Below, in pieces: positions 19,773-29,303 of a stretch of DNA of 61,842 nucleotides. The position numbers were made by a program, and so were the translations under genes. The notes below the pieces were generated by a model, which searched no databases, had not been told where the DNA came from, and saw only the letters and a program-made list of their open reading frames with translations. Each line of letters starts with the position of its first letter. Position 1 is the first letter of the stretch. The DNA is from Actinomycetes bacterium. Its GTDB lineage: Bacteria > Actinomycetota > Acidimicrobiia > Acidimicrobiales > Microtrichaceae. Where the stretch lies: assembly GCA_030621865.1 (NCBI GenBank), contig JAUXGW010000001.1:1-61842 (forward strand). Reading direction: 5' to 3'.

Positions 19773-20634
19773 AGGGCAGGATCCGCAGAGGGTCGCCCGC
19801 CTGTATGTCTCCCGGAACCAGCACCCATGCATAGGCACGCGCGCGGCCCGGATGCAGATCAAAGTCGAGGTGCCTGAACGACCCGTCGGAGAACGAACCC
19901 AGAATGTTCGTGCACGGCGGTGCCCACGAAGTGATTTCGAGAACCACAGGATCGTCGTTGTCCCCGATGACCAGTCGGGTCCCGGGTCTGATTCCAGACC
20001 AGTCGATGCCGCTCACGGTCAGATTCTCCCCGACCGACCCGGCGGTGATCGGATGGCCCTCGGAGCGGAGTTCTGAAATCACCTCGGCCGAGAACAGACA
20101 CACGGCCTGGAAGGGCCGACCGTGATGTCGGCGGGTCTTCTGCGTGTCATCTTCAAGGCCGCGGGCTCCGATGGAGGCGGAATCCGCGGACTTTTTGGGC
20201 ACTCCTCCGTCCGACACACCGATTCGATCCAGAATTCCGGTCTGTGGATGTGAGAAATGCCCGGCCACCGCCCGCCCGGCAGCAGACAGGAGGCTGTCGG
20301 TGGATTCCACGGCGAGGGCGAGCGGATCATCTGCGCCGAGAACTTCCACCATGTTCGTGCGAGCGCCGTGTTGGCGCACGAGGTTCCTGAGCTCCATCTC
20401 CGGGCCCAGCGCGAGCTCACCCAGATCGGTGCCTGTGCCGCCGGCGGACAGCAGCCCTTCGGACAGGTGCTCCAGCGCAATCAGGGCACCGCCGGGGATT
20501 TCTTCCAGGCCGTACATGATCCAGCGCCATCGATGAGGGATTCCACCGACCGTTCCGGCGGCGTCCTCCAGGTCAAAGATCGACGGATCAACCTTCAGGG
20601 GCAACGCCTTGAGTTCTGCGTTCGAGACCGTCAC
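19771..20634 (-). CDS. MOSC-domain protein with an uncharacterised N-terminal domain
   Basis: C-terminal 'GENLTVSGIDWSGIRPGTRL.IG....LEIT....PC' MOSC beta-barrel. GTG 20634 overlaps the SDR stop (GTGA). Confidence 0.7.
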   Translation of the reverse strand: MTVSNAELKALPLKVDPSIFDLEDAAGTVGGIPHRWRWIMYGLEEIPGGALIALEHLSEGLLSAGGTGTDLGELALGPEMELRNLVRQHGARTNMVEVLGADDPLALAVESTDSLLSAAGRAVAGHFSHPQTGILDRIGVSDGGVPKKSADSASIGARGLEDDTQKTRRHHGRPFQAVCLFSAEVISELRSEGHPITAGSVGENLTVSGIDWSGIRPGTRLVIGDNDDPVVLEITSWAPPCTNILGSFSDGSFRHLDFDLHPGRARAYAWVLVPGDIQAGDPLRILP

Positions 20635-21527
20635 GATCGATCCTTGCCGTTCATGTCTGCCGGCGGTCTGGCATTGATGAGCAGGTTCTCGATGATTTCT
20701 CCGGCGGCCAGGGGATCCTCCACGGCGTCCGCCGAGGGTCCCCGGTGCCAACCTTCCGCCACCGCCAACACCGCCCCGGAGGCTTCGATCACCCGGCCTG
20801 TCACGGCGCGAGAATGAGATGATGCCAACCAGGTGACAACTGGCGCGACCCAACGCGGCCCAAGCTTCTCCGCTGCGTCGCCGGGTGCGGCCATCTGCAG
20901 ATCCTCGGTCATTCGCGTGACAGCCGCCGGGGCAATGGCATTCACGGTCACGCCGTAGCGCTCCAGCTCCAGTGATGCGATGTAACTGAAGGCCGCAATC
21001 CCCGCCTTCGCGGTTCCGTAGTTGGATTGGCCGGCGTTGCCGTAGATGCCGGAGACCGACGTGGTGTTGATGATTCGGGCATCAACGTCCTCCCCGGCCT
21101 TGGCGAGTCCGCGCCAATGGGCGGCAGCGTGATGCGACGGGGCGAACGTACCTTTGAGGTGCACGTTGATCACTGCATCCCATTCAGCTTCCGACATGTT
21201 CGTGAGCATCCGGTCTCGCAGGATCCCGGCATTGTTGATCAACACGTCGAGCCGGCCAAAGGTCTCGACGGCCTGTTCGATCATCCCGAGCGCGCCGTCG
21301 AAGCTGGAGACGTCGGAATAGTTGGGTTCTGCCCGCCCACCGGAGGCGGTGATCTCAGCCACCACATCCTCGGCAGGGCTCAAATCGGTCCCGGAACCTT
21401 CGCGCGATCCCCCGAGGTCGTTCACCAGCACGCCGGCGCCCTCTGAAGCCAGCATGAGGGCGTACTCACGCCCGATGCCCCGGCCCGCGCCGGTCACTAT
21501 GCATACGCGGCCATCACAAATACCCAT
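20631..21527 (-). CDS. SDR-family oxidoreductase (MFE-2 / 3-hydroxyacyl-CoA dehydrogenase-like)
   Basis: 'VTGAGRGIGREYA', 'VNDLGGS..G.G......VV.EI...GG.A', 'NNAGI', 'Y..AK' catalytic pattern. Confidence 0.85.
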   Translation of the reverse strand: MGICDGRVCIVTGAGRGIGREYALMLASEGAGVLVNDLGGSREGSGTDLSPAEDVVAEITASGGRAEPNYSDVSSFDGALGMIEQAVETFGRLDVLINNAGILRDRMLTNMSEAEWDAVINVHLKGTFAPSHHAAAHWRGLAKAGEDVDARIINTTSVSGIYGNAGQSNYGTAKAGIAAFSYIASLELERYGVTVNAIAPAAVTRMTEDLQMAAPGDAAEKLGPRWVAPVVTWLASSHSRAVTGRVIEASGAVLAVAEGWHRGPSADAVEDPLAAGEIIENLLINARPPADMNGKDRS

Positions 21528-21547
21528 TGCAGATTTCCCCCTGCTGT

Positions 21548-22660
21548 CTAGGCGTCGAACAACGCTGCCACGAATTCCTCCGGATCGAAGTCCACCAGGT
21601 CGACCGCTGCCTCGCCGAGACCCACGAGCTTCACCGGCAGATCGAGTTCAGAGCGGATGGCAAACACGATTCCGCCCTTGGCAGACCCGTCGAGTTTGGT
21701 GAGCACCACACCCGTCACATCTGTGGCTTCAGCGAACTGGCGGGCCTGGATGAGGCCGTTCTGGCCGGTGGTGGCATCCATGACAAGCAGGACCTCGACC
21801 ACGGAGCCGGCGCCGCGGTCGGCCACACGTCTTACTTTGGAGAGTTCATCCATCAGGTTGCTCTTGGTGTGCAGACGCCCCGCGGTATCCGCGAGCACGT
21901 AGTCGGTGTCGCGGGCACCAGCCGCTTCCACGGCGTCGAATATCACGGACGAGGGATCCCCGCCCTCGCTTCCCCGGATCATCGTCGCACCGCAGCGCTG
22001 GGCCCAGGTGTCGAGTTGTTCGGCCGCGGCCGCCCGGAATGTGTCACCGGCCGCCATCACGATGGTGTTCCCCTCGCCGGCGAGACGGTGACCCAACTTG
22101 CCGATCGTGGTGGTCTTGCCCACTCCGTTCACACCCACGATCAGCCAGATGCTGGGCCCGTCGGGACTCGTGTTGAGCGGCGGCACATCACCCAGACGGC
22201 TGACCAGCTCGGACTTGAGTGATTCCATCAGTTCTTCCGATGTGGTCAGCTTCTCCGACTTCACCTGGGCCCGAACCGCATCGAGGACCTCCTGGGTGGA
22301 TCCGATTCCCAGGTCGGCAAGAATCAGGGCTTCCTCCAACTCCTCGTATGACGCTTCGGTGATCTCCGATCGGGACAGGACAGAACCGACATAACCGGAC
22401 AGGGCCGAGCGGGCTTTGCCCAGTCGGTCCCGGAAACGGGGCCGAATCAGCTCCTCGACGACCTCGGGTTCGACGACCTCGGGTGCAACTACCTCGGGTT
22501 CGGCGACCTCGGGTTCAAGCACCCCGGTTTCAACCGGCGGTTCCTCGATCAGCGTTTCGGAATCCTGATCCACGCTCCTTTGGGAAACGAAGAACACACC
22601 AGCGCCGATTACCAGCGCCAGCATGAGCAGTGTGACCAACAAGATGATGAGGAGCTCCAT
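21548..22660 (-). CDS. ftsY: SRP receptor FtsY with an N-terminal TM anchor and an acidic EPEVV repeat linker
   Basis: 'VGVNGVGKTTTIGKL', 'DTAGRLH', 'TKLDGSAKGG'. ATG 22660 (MELLIILLV...) verified. Confidence 0.95.
   Translation of the reverse strand: MELLIILLVTLLMLALVIGAGVFFVSQRSVDQDSETLIEEPPVETGVLEPEVAEPEVVAPEVVEPEVVEELIRPRFRDRLGKARSALSGYVGSVLSRSEITEASYEELEEALILADLGIGSTQEVLDAVRAQVKSEKLTTSEELMESLKSELVSRLGDVPPLNTSPDGPSIWLIVGVNGVGKTTTIGKLGHRLAGEGNTIVMAAGDTFRAAAAEQLDTWAQRCGATMIRGSEGGDPSSVIFDAVEAAGARDTDYVLADTAGRLHTKSNLMDELSKVRRVADRGAGSVVEVLLVMDATTGQNGLIQARQFAEATDVTGVVLTKLDGSAKGGIVFAIRSELDLPVKLVGLGEAAVDLVDFDPEEFVAALFDA
22457..22531. repeat. 15-nt tandem repeat (x5, degenerate) inside ftsY
   Basis: gacgacctcgggttc / gacgacctcgggtgc / aactacctcgggttc / ggcgacctcgggttc / aagcaccccggtttc. 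Encodes 'LEPEVAEPEVVAPEVVEPEVVE'. Confidence 0.85.
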
Positions 22661-22770
22661 GACAGGAGTGAGCCTACAAACTGAGCAGACCATCAGCGAT
22701 CTGGCGCCAGTGTCTGCGTCGGAGCGCCGCGCCATCTACCGTCGAGACGGTCCGACAATCGGGAGCAGGC

Positions 22771-23859
22771 GTGGACAACACCGGAAATGAATCAAAAATC
22801 GATGAGGCGGCCACCGGGGCTCCTCCGCCGTTCCTGGCCGAACCACACACCCCGGAACCGGACAAAGCACCTTCGGCGCGCATCGAGCAGCTCATGTTCG
22901 AGATGCGCAAGGTGATCGTTGGCCAGGATCGAGTACTCGAGCGCCTCCTGGTCTGCCTGATTTCGGGTGGCCACGTACTTCTGGAGAGTGTGCCCGGGCT
23001 GGCGAAGACGTTGTCCGTGGAGACTCTGGCCGACGCCGTCGGCGGATCGTTCTCCCGGGTTCAGTTCACACCCGACCTGTTGCCGGCAGACGTTGTCGGA
23101 ACCCGCATCTACCGCGCATCAACCGAGAAGTTCGACGTTGAGCTCGGTCCCGTTTTTGCCAACTTCGTTCTGGCCGACGAGATCAACCGTGCTCCTGCCA
23201 AGGTGCAGTCGGCGCTGCTCGAGATTATGGCAGAGCTACAGGTCACCATCGGCGGCCAACGTTTCGAGGCACCCACTCCATTCCTGGTCCTGGCGACACA
23301 GAATCCGATCGAATCCGAAGGTGTGTATCCACTGCCGGAGGCACAGCGGGACCGCTTCCTGATGAAAGTGGTCATCGACTACCCGGCCCCCGCCGAGGAG
23401 ATCGAGATCGTCCAGCGAATGGGCACCAATCCCCCCACTGCGTCCGAAGTGATCTCGCTCGACGATGTCGATCAACTCCAGCAGAAGGCCAGAGAGGTGT
23501 TCGTGGAGCGCTCCGTGATGGAGTACGCCGTGAATCTGGTCCTGTGCACCAGAACACCGGAGAACTTCGGTCTGCCCGAACTCCGCGACTACATCGAAGT
23601 GGGTGCCAGCCCGAGAGCATCACTCGGACTGGTCAGTGCCGGCCGTTCCCTCGCCCTGATTCGCGGCCGCGACTACCTGACACCCCAGGATGTCTTCGAC
23701 ATCGCTCCCGAAGTCCTCCGCCACCGACTCCTGCTTTCCTATGAAGCACTGGCCCGCGATGTGGATGCCGAGCAGATCCTCGCCCGGGTTCTCGGCACAG
23801 TTCCGGCACCACACGTGAGCATGCACACACCGCAGCAGCTCGGAACAATCCAGCCGTGA
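22771..23859 (+). CDS. moxR: MoxR-family AAA+ ATPase
   Basis: '[15 protein letters not shown]', '[15 protein letters not shown]', '[18 protein letters not shown]' MoxR signatures. Confidence 0.92.
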   Translation: MDNTGNESKIDEAATGAPPPFLAEPHTPEPDKAPSARIEQLMFEMRKVIVGQDRVLERLLVCLISGGHVLLESVPGLAKTLSVETLADAVGGSFSRVQFTPDLLPADVVGTRIYRASTEKFDVELGPVFANFVLADEINRAPAKVQSALLEIMAELQVTIGGQRFEAPTPFLVLATQNPIESEGVYPLPEAQRDRFLMKVVIDYPAPAEEIEIVQRMGTNPPTASEVISLDDVDQLQQKAREVFVERSVMEYAVNLVLCTRTPENFGLPELRDYIEVGASPRASLGLVSAGRSLALIRGRDYLTPQDVFDIAPEVLRHRLLLSYEALARDVDAEQILARVLGTVPAPHVSMHTPQQLGTIQP

Positions 23860-24797
23860 CCGGACTGAGCAACACGCTCGGGCTTGTTGGCGACCGGCCC
23901 GCGGAGGAGATCCTTCGCCGTTTGACCCTCGATGTGACGACGCGCCTCGACGGAGTGCTGCACGGCGACTTCATGGGTCTGGTTCCCGGCCGCGGAAGTG
24001 AACCCGGCGAGACCCGTCGATACGAGGCGGGTGACGACGTTCGCCGCATCGACTGGAACGTCACGGCCAGAACGCAGTATCCACACATCCGGGAAACCAT
24101 TGCCGATCGCGAACTGGAGGCGTGGCTGCTGCTCGACCGCTCATCCCGCCTCGATTTCGGTACTGCAACGTGTGAAAAACGCGATCTCGTGCTGGCAGCA
24201 GGAGCCGGCATCGGCCTGCTGGTGGCCAAAGGAGGAAACCGCGTCGGTGCCGTGATGCTCCGGGGTTCCGAGACGGAGACGGTACCGCCACGATCGGGTC
24301 GAAAGCATCTGCTCGGGCTGATGTCCAAAGTGATGAACACACCCCGCGAGGACGGCTCGGGTGCAGCCGACCTCGCCGCCGGGATGGCCGAGGTGGAATC
24401 CGTGGCCCGGCGCCGGGGACTCGTCACCGTGATCAGCGACTTCGCCACTCCCGTGGAGGAGTGGAAGAGCCGGCTGGGCACACTCGCGCAGCGCCACACC
24501 GTGTTGTGTGCACAGGTTCTCGATCCCCGTGATCTGGAACTTCCAAAGGTCGGGCACCTCCGGTTCGTTGATCCGGCCACCGGTTCCGTGCGTGAGGTGA
24601 ACACGGACAAGACAGCCATTCGCGAGAACTACGCTCGCCTCGCCGCCGAACAACAAACAGCGATTGACAGCGCCATTCGTGGTGACGGTGCAGACCATCT
24701 GGTGCTCCGCACCGACGAAGACTGGCTGATGGCCCTGGCGAAACACGTGTCAAAGCGTCGGCATCATGCCGGGCTTGCTGCGGGAATACCGAAATGA
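23856..24797 (+). CDS. DUF58-domain protein (MoxR partner)
   Basis: 'RRYEAGDDVRRIDWNVTART' DUF58 signature. GTGA overlap with moxR. Confidence 0.88.
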   Translation: MTGLSNTLGLVGDRPAEEILRRLTLDVTTRLDGVLHGDFMGLVPGRGSEPGETRRYEAGDDVRRIDWNVTARTQYPHIRETIADRELEAWLLLDRSSRLDFGTATCEKRDLVLAAGAGIGLLVAKGGNRVGAVMLRGSETETVPPRSGRKHLLGLMSKVMNTPREDGSGAADLAAGMAEVESVARRRGLVTVISDFATPVEEWKSRLGTLAQRHTVLCAQVLDPRDLELPKVGHLRFVDPATGSVREVNTDKTAIRENYARLAAEQQTAIDSAIRGDGADHLVLRTDEDWLMALAKHVSKRRHHAGLAAGIPK

Positions 24798-25765
24798 CCG
24801 AGAACTTCCTCTCACCGGACCGGCTCTGGCTGCTCGTGGCAGTGGCCGCCCTCGCGGGCGTTCACATTTTCCTGCAGTTCCGCAGTCCCAAGTATGCGGT
24901 GCGGATTTCCAGCATGGAGATGCTGGACAAGGTCGTCCCGAACCGCCCGGGTTGGCGGCGCCATGTGGTGGCGGGACTGTTCCTGGCCGGCCTCGCTCTC
25001 TCCGTGATCGCCTTCGCACAGCCGATTGCCACCACAAAGGTTCCCAGGGAACGGTCCACGATCGTGCTGGCCATTGACACCTCGCTGTCGATGATGGCCA
25101 CCGACGTTGCCCCGAGCCGACTGGAAGCAGCCCAGGAAGCTGCCACCAGTTTCGTGGAGTCCCTTCCCGAGGATCTGAACGTGGCCCTCATCGGTTTCGC
25201 CGGCAGCGCACAGTTGCTCGTGCCGCCCACACAGGACCGCGTGGCAGTGACCGAGGCGATCGACAATCTCGATCTCGAAGAGGCCACCGCCATCGGTGAT
25301 GCCGTGAAGTTGTCGGTGGAGGTCATCGAGGATCAGGCCCAGCGAACCGATGAAGGTGAACCCGACGCAGCCGTGGTGTTGATCTCCGACGGTGAAACCA
25401 CGGTTGGTTTGCCCGCCGAGGAGGCAGTGGACATCGCTGTCGAGGCCGCCGTGGCGGTGAACACGATCGCCTACGGCACACCCGATGGTGTCATCACGGT
25501 GGATGAGGACGGCGATGGAGTCGGTCAAACAGCACCGGTACCGGTGAACAGCGACGAACTCGCGGCAATCGCGGAACAGACCGGCGGCGTCAGCCGAACG
25601 GCCGAGTCCCTGGGGGATCTGGAACAGGTCTACGACGACTTCGGTTCAACAATCGGATTCGATTCCGAACCGAGTGACATCAGCTACCGGTTCGCGGGAG
25701 CGGCTTTCGTGATCCTCCTGCTGGGTGGCGGACTCTCGCTCTGGTGGCTGCAGCGGCTGCCCTGA
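24794..25765 (+). CDS. Membrane-anchored von Willebrand factor A (BatA-like) protein
   Basis: N- and C-terminal TM segments. MIDAS 'LAIDTSLSM'. 'VVLISDGETT'. ATGA overlap with the DUF58 gene. Confidence 0.88.
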   Translation: MTENFLSPDRLWLLVAVAALAGVHIFLQFRSPKYAVRISSMEMLDKVVPNRPGWRRHVVAGLFLAGLALSVIAFAQPIATTKVPRERSTIVLAIDTSLSMMATDVAPSRLEAAQEAATSFVESLPEDLNVALIGFAGSAQLLVPPTQDRVAVTEAIDNLDLEEATAIGDAVKLSVEVIEDQAQRTDEGEPDAAVVLISDGETTVGLPAEEAVDIAVEAAVAVNTIAYGTPDGVITVDEDGDGVGQTAPVPVNSDELAAIAEQTGGVSRTAESLGDLEQVYDDFGSTIGFDSEPSDISYRFAGAAFVILLLGGGLSLWWLQRLP

Positions 25766-25768
25766 GCT

Positions 25769-28700
25769 TCAGCTCCAGGCGCCTGCGCGCAGGTCCACAA
25801 CTTCGTCGGCCTGCTCGGAAACGACCTTGCTCGATCCGCCGGGATCCATCGAGACACCGAACAGCACATCAGCAGCCTCCATCGTGCGCTTCTGATGACT
25901 CACGATGAGCAGCTGGGCCGTGGTGCGGAACTCGCCGACCAGATCCAGGAACCGGTGCAGGTTCACATCGTCCAAGGCGGCCTCGACCTCATCCATCACA
26001 TAGAAGGGCGACGGACGGGAACGGAACACTGCAAACAGGTAGGCAAGAGCGGTGAGCGACCGTTCACCACCCGAAAGCAGCGAGAGCTTTCGAACGTTCT
26101 TGCCGGAGGGTTTCGCCTCGACTTCGATACCGGTGTTGAGCAGATCATCCGGATTGGTGAGGCGAAGCCGGCCACGCCCGCCGGGAAACAGGGTTTCGAA
26201 GAGTTGGGCAAAGTTCTCGCTCACGTCGGCGAAGGCCGAACTGAAAACCGCCACGATCTCGGCATCCACTGCCCGGATCACCTTGGAGAGCTCCCGCCGC
26301 GACGACTTGATGTCCTCGAGTTGGGACGTGAGGAACTCCTGGCGTTCGCTGAGTTCTTCGAATTCCACCAGGGCGAGCGGATTGATCTGCCCCATTCGCT
26401 TGAGTTCGGCTCGCAGGTCGCGGGCTCGACCAGCCGGGGTCGAGCCTTCGGGTGTTTCCGGTTCCGGTGCAGCCAGAGCTTCTTCGGGTTCACAATCGAG
26501 TTCATTGCGGATCAGCTCGGTCGCGGACTCCAGCCGAACGCCGACCTCGGCATTTTCGATCTCGGCACGCTGGAGTTTTTCGCGCAATACCTCCAGCCTT
26601 CCGGAAAGGTCATTTCGTTGGCCCCGAAGGCCGCTCAGGCGGTCCGAGATGCCCCTGGCAGCCTCGGACTGCTCACGTCGTTGACGGGAAACCTCTCCGT
26701 GGTGAGTTTCGATCGCGGCGCAGCGTTGTGTGAGGAACAGATGCAGGTGATCCACAGCGGCCAGTCGTGCCTCGAGAACTTCTCTCTTGCCTGCGGCTGC
26801 ATCGGCCTCCTGGCTGAGACCCTCCAGCTTTGCGTCCAGATGCTCGAGTCGGTCCCGAACGAACCTGCTGCGCTCGGATGCCGAGGCATTACGAAGATCG
26901 GCGTCGGTACGACGGGTCTGAACGTCGCCACTGAGGGCTTCCAGCTCGCGCCGGGCTTCCGACATCCGGCGAGTCCGTTGTGTGAGTTCTTGCTCCGCAG
27001 CTTCCGCGAGGGGAAGTGACTCGGCGATCTGAGCGAGTCGAGTTGTCTCGTCGGCGAGACGACTCTCCATCCCCGCGATCAGCTCATCCAGGCCACTCTG
27101 CTCCCCAGCGGCTTCGGTCATTTCGCTCGACAGGCGACCCTGTGCTTCAGAATGCCGCTGGAGCGCCGCCTCGCCTTCTTCAGCAGCCTGACGGGCCGCA
27201 TTTCCGCTCTCCCGAAGGAGATCGCGTTGTTTTCCGGCAGCATCGAGAGCCGATTGGGCTTGCGCCGATGCTTCAGCGGAGCGGGCGCCCTGAGTTTTCG
27301 CTTCTTCCAGAGCCGCGCCAGTGGCTCCGGTACCGGACGCCCTCAGACGCCAACCGCGGAGACCGAAACGGTGGCCATCTCTGGTGACAACGTTCTTCGT
27401 GGGAAAGTCCACCGCCACGCCCACGGCCTCGGACCAGCCACCGCCCACGACCACCGTGTCGACCAGGAGGACATCAAGCAACGAATCGATCTCCCGGGTG
27501 GTTGCAGAGTTGCCGGCCGAGGGACGCACATGTGATCGAAGGTGATCCGGGTCGGTTCTGTCATCAGATGCATTTGCCCCTGAGTGGCCTGCGCTCATTG
27601 ACTCGAGGGCGATTATTGCTCCGGAGTGGTCACCCGCTGCGAGCTCCGAAAGTGCCTGGCGAGCGTTTGCCGTGCCCGAGACCACCACTGCTCCCAGCGC
27701 CTCACCTGCTGCGGCCTCGAAGGCATCCTCCCAGCCGTCGTCGATCTGGAGCAGATCCAAAAGGGTGCCCAGCACGCCGTCCACATCGGCGAGGCGTTCA
27801 GCGCCGGCGCGGTGGCGGGCTTCGTCGAGTGCCAACGTGAGTGCATCCACCCGGGCCTGCCAGCCGGAATGTTCCGCACCACACGCACGCGCGTTTTCGG
27901 CGGCGGCGGTCAGGGAAGCTTCCGAGGCGACACTGTCCGAAGCAAGTTGGTCGGCGGAAGCTCGCAGCTGCGGTACCGCAGCCGATTGTTCGGCCTTGCC
28001 GGCTTCGGCGCCGCCCAAGCCTGCCGCCAAACGGTCGAGGCGTTGCTGGATCGTCTCTTTGCGGCGGAGGAGTTGCTCTCGGTCGCCTTCTCCCCGTGTT
28101 CTTGCGGATTCCAGAGCCGACTTTTCGCTCCGCTGGGCGGAAGCGTCACCGGTGGGCGCGGGAACACCCTCGCCCCATTCGTCTTCGAACGAGAGCCAAC
28201 GCCGGGCCAGTTCTGTTTCCGACTCCTGAAGGTCGCTATCGGCATCTGCCGCTTCTGTCACCGACCGATCGAGTTGATCCTGTTCGATGCGCAACTGCGC
28301 CCGCTCGGCCTCGAGTGATGCGACGAGTGCAGCGTCGACCGCAGCCTCGATTTCCCGACCCAGTCCCCTGCGCTGCTCCGCCAGCAGGGCCAGCAAGCCC
28401 CGGGACCGTTCTCGCAGGGTCTCGTAGCGGGAATGGAGTTCGCCAACCTCGGTTTCCCCGAGCGCAGCCAGTTCGGTCTCGGAGGCAATCAGTCTGGCAT
28501 CGGCATTTCCGAGTTCGGCCTTGACCCGTTGGGACTGATCCCGGAGATCGCCCTGAAGGCGAGTCGATTCTTCGAGGTTTCCGCGCAGCCGGGCCAACTC
28601 CCTGCCGGCCAGGTGCAGATCCAGAGCCCGTAGTTCACCAACAAGCGCCCCATGGCGACGAGCTGCATCGGCCTGCCTCTCGAGAGGCCTCAACTGGCGG

Positions 28701-29296
28701 CGGACCTCCCTCAGCAGGTCCTGCACCCGGATGAGGTTGGCCTCGGTGGAGGTCAACCTGCGCTCTGCACGCTCCTTGCGGCGGCGGAACTTGAGAACCC
28801 CGGCGGCCTCTTCGATGATCAGTCGGCGGTCCTCCGGGCGGGCATTGAGGACGGCATCGATGTTGCCCTGCGACACGATGACGTGTTGGTGGCGCCCGAC
28901 CCCGCTGTCGCTCAGGAGTTCCTGAATGTCCAGCAGGCGGCAGGGAACACCGTTTATTGCATATTCGCTGTCACCCGAGCGGAACAGCAGTCGGCTCAGG
29001 GTGACTTCGGTGAAGTCAATCGGCAGCATTCCCGACGAGTTGTCGATCGTGAGGGAAACCTCGGCGCGGCCGAGCGCCGGACGTTTGGATGTTCCGGCGA
29101 AGATGACATCATCCATCTTCTGTGAACGCACACTCGAGGGAGCCTGTGCACCCAGAACCCAACCGATCGCGTCGACCACATTGGACTTGCCCGATCCGTT
29201 CGGACCGACGACCACCGAGACGCCTGGCTGAAGCACGAGCGTGGCGCTGTCCGCAAAGGACTTGAATCCCTTGATCTCGAGGTTTTTCAGGAACAA
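25769..29296 (-). CDS. smc: Chromosome segregation protein SMC
   Basis: 1175 aa. 'GPNGSGKSN' Walker A, long coiled coils, hinge, 'LSGGE' signature and 'FYVMDEVEAALD' Walker B. TTG start verified. Confidence 0.97.
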   Translation of the reverse strand: MFLKNLEIKGFKSFADSATLVLQPGVSVVVGPNGSGKSNVVDAIGWVLGAQAPSSVRSQKMDDVIFAGTSKRPALGRAEVSLTIDNSSGMLPIDFTEVTLSRLLFRSGDSEYAINGVPCRLLDIQELLSDSGVGRHQHVIVSQGNIDAVLNARPEDRRLIIEEAAGVLKFRRRKERAERRLTSTEANLIRVQDLLREVRRQLRPLERQADAARRHGALVGELRALDLHLAGRELARLRGNLEESTRLQGDLRDQSQRVKAELGNADARLIASETELAALGETEVGELHSRYETLRERSRGLLALLAEQRRGLGREIEAAVDAALVASLEAERAQLRIEQDQLDRSVTEAADADSDLQESETELARRWLSFEDEWGEGVPAPTGDASAQRSEKSALESARTRGEGDREQLLRRKETIQQRLDRLAAGLGGAEAGKAEQSAAVPQLRASADQLASDSVASEASLTAAAENARACGAEHSGWQARVDALTLALDEARHRAGAERLADVDGVLGTLLDLLQIDDGWEDAFEAAAGEALGAVVVSGTANARQALSELAAGDHSGAIIALESMSAGHSGANASDDRTDPDHLRSHVRPSAGNSATTREIDSLLDVLLVDTVVVGGGWSEAVGVAVDFPTKNVVTRDGHRFGLRGWRLRASGTGATGAALEEAKTQGARSAEASAQAQSALDAAGKQRDLLRESGNAARQAAEEGEAALQRHSEAQGRLSSEMTEAAGEQSGLDELIAGMESRLADETTRLAQIAESLPLAEAAEQELTQRTRRMSEARRELEALSGDVQTRRTDADLRNASASERSRFVRDRLEHLDAKLEGLSQEADAAAGKREVLEARLAAVDHLHLFLTQRCAAIETHHGEVSRQRREQSEAARGISDRLSGLRGQRNDLSGRLEVLREKLQRAEIENAEVGVRLESATELIRNELDCEPEEALAAPEPETPEGSTPAGRARDLRAELKRMGQINPLALVEFEELSERQEFLTSQLEDIKSSRRELSKVIRAVDAEIVAVFSSAFADVSENFAQLFETLFPGGRGRLRLTNPDDLLNTGIEVEAKPSGKNVRKLSLLSGGERSLTALAYLFAVFRSRPSPFYVMDEVEAALDDVNLHRFLDLVGEFRTTAQLLIVSHQKRTMEAADVLFGVSMDPGGSSKVVSEQADEVVDLRAGAWS

Positions 29297-29303
29297 GGCT
29301 TCG

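Noticed and set aside
23633-24619. 328-aa minus-strand ORF. The ORFs at 25895-27019 (+), 52342-53319 (-), 222-857 (+) and 33282-33797 (+ extension) fall in the same class
   Set aside because: They are antisense or upstream extensions overlapping well-supported genes (DUF58, smc, the helicase, ispG, rsmD). The compositions are shadow-ORF-like.
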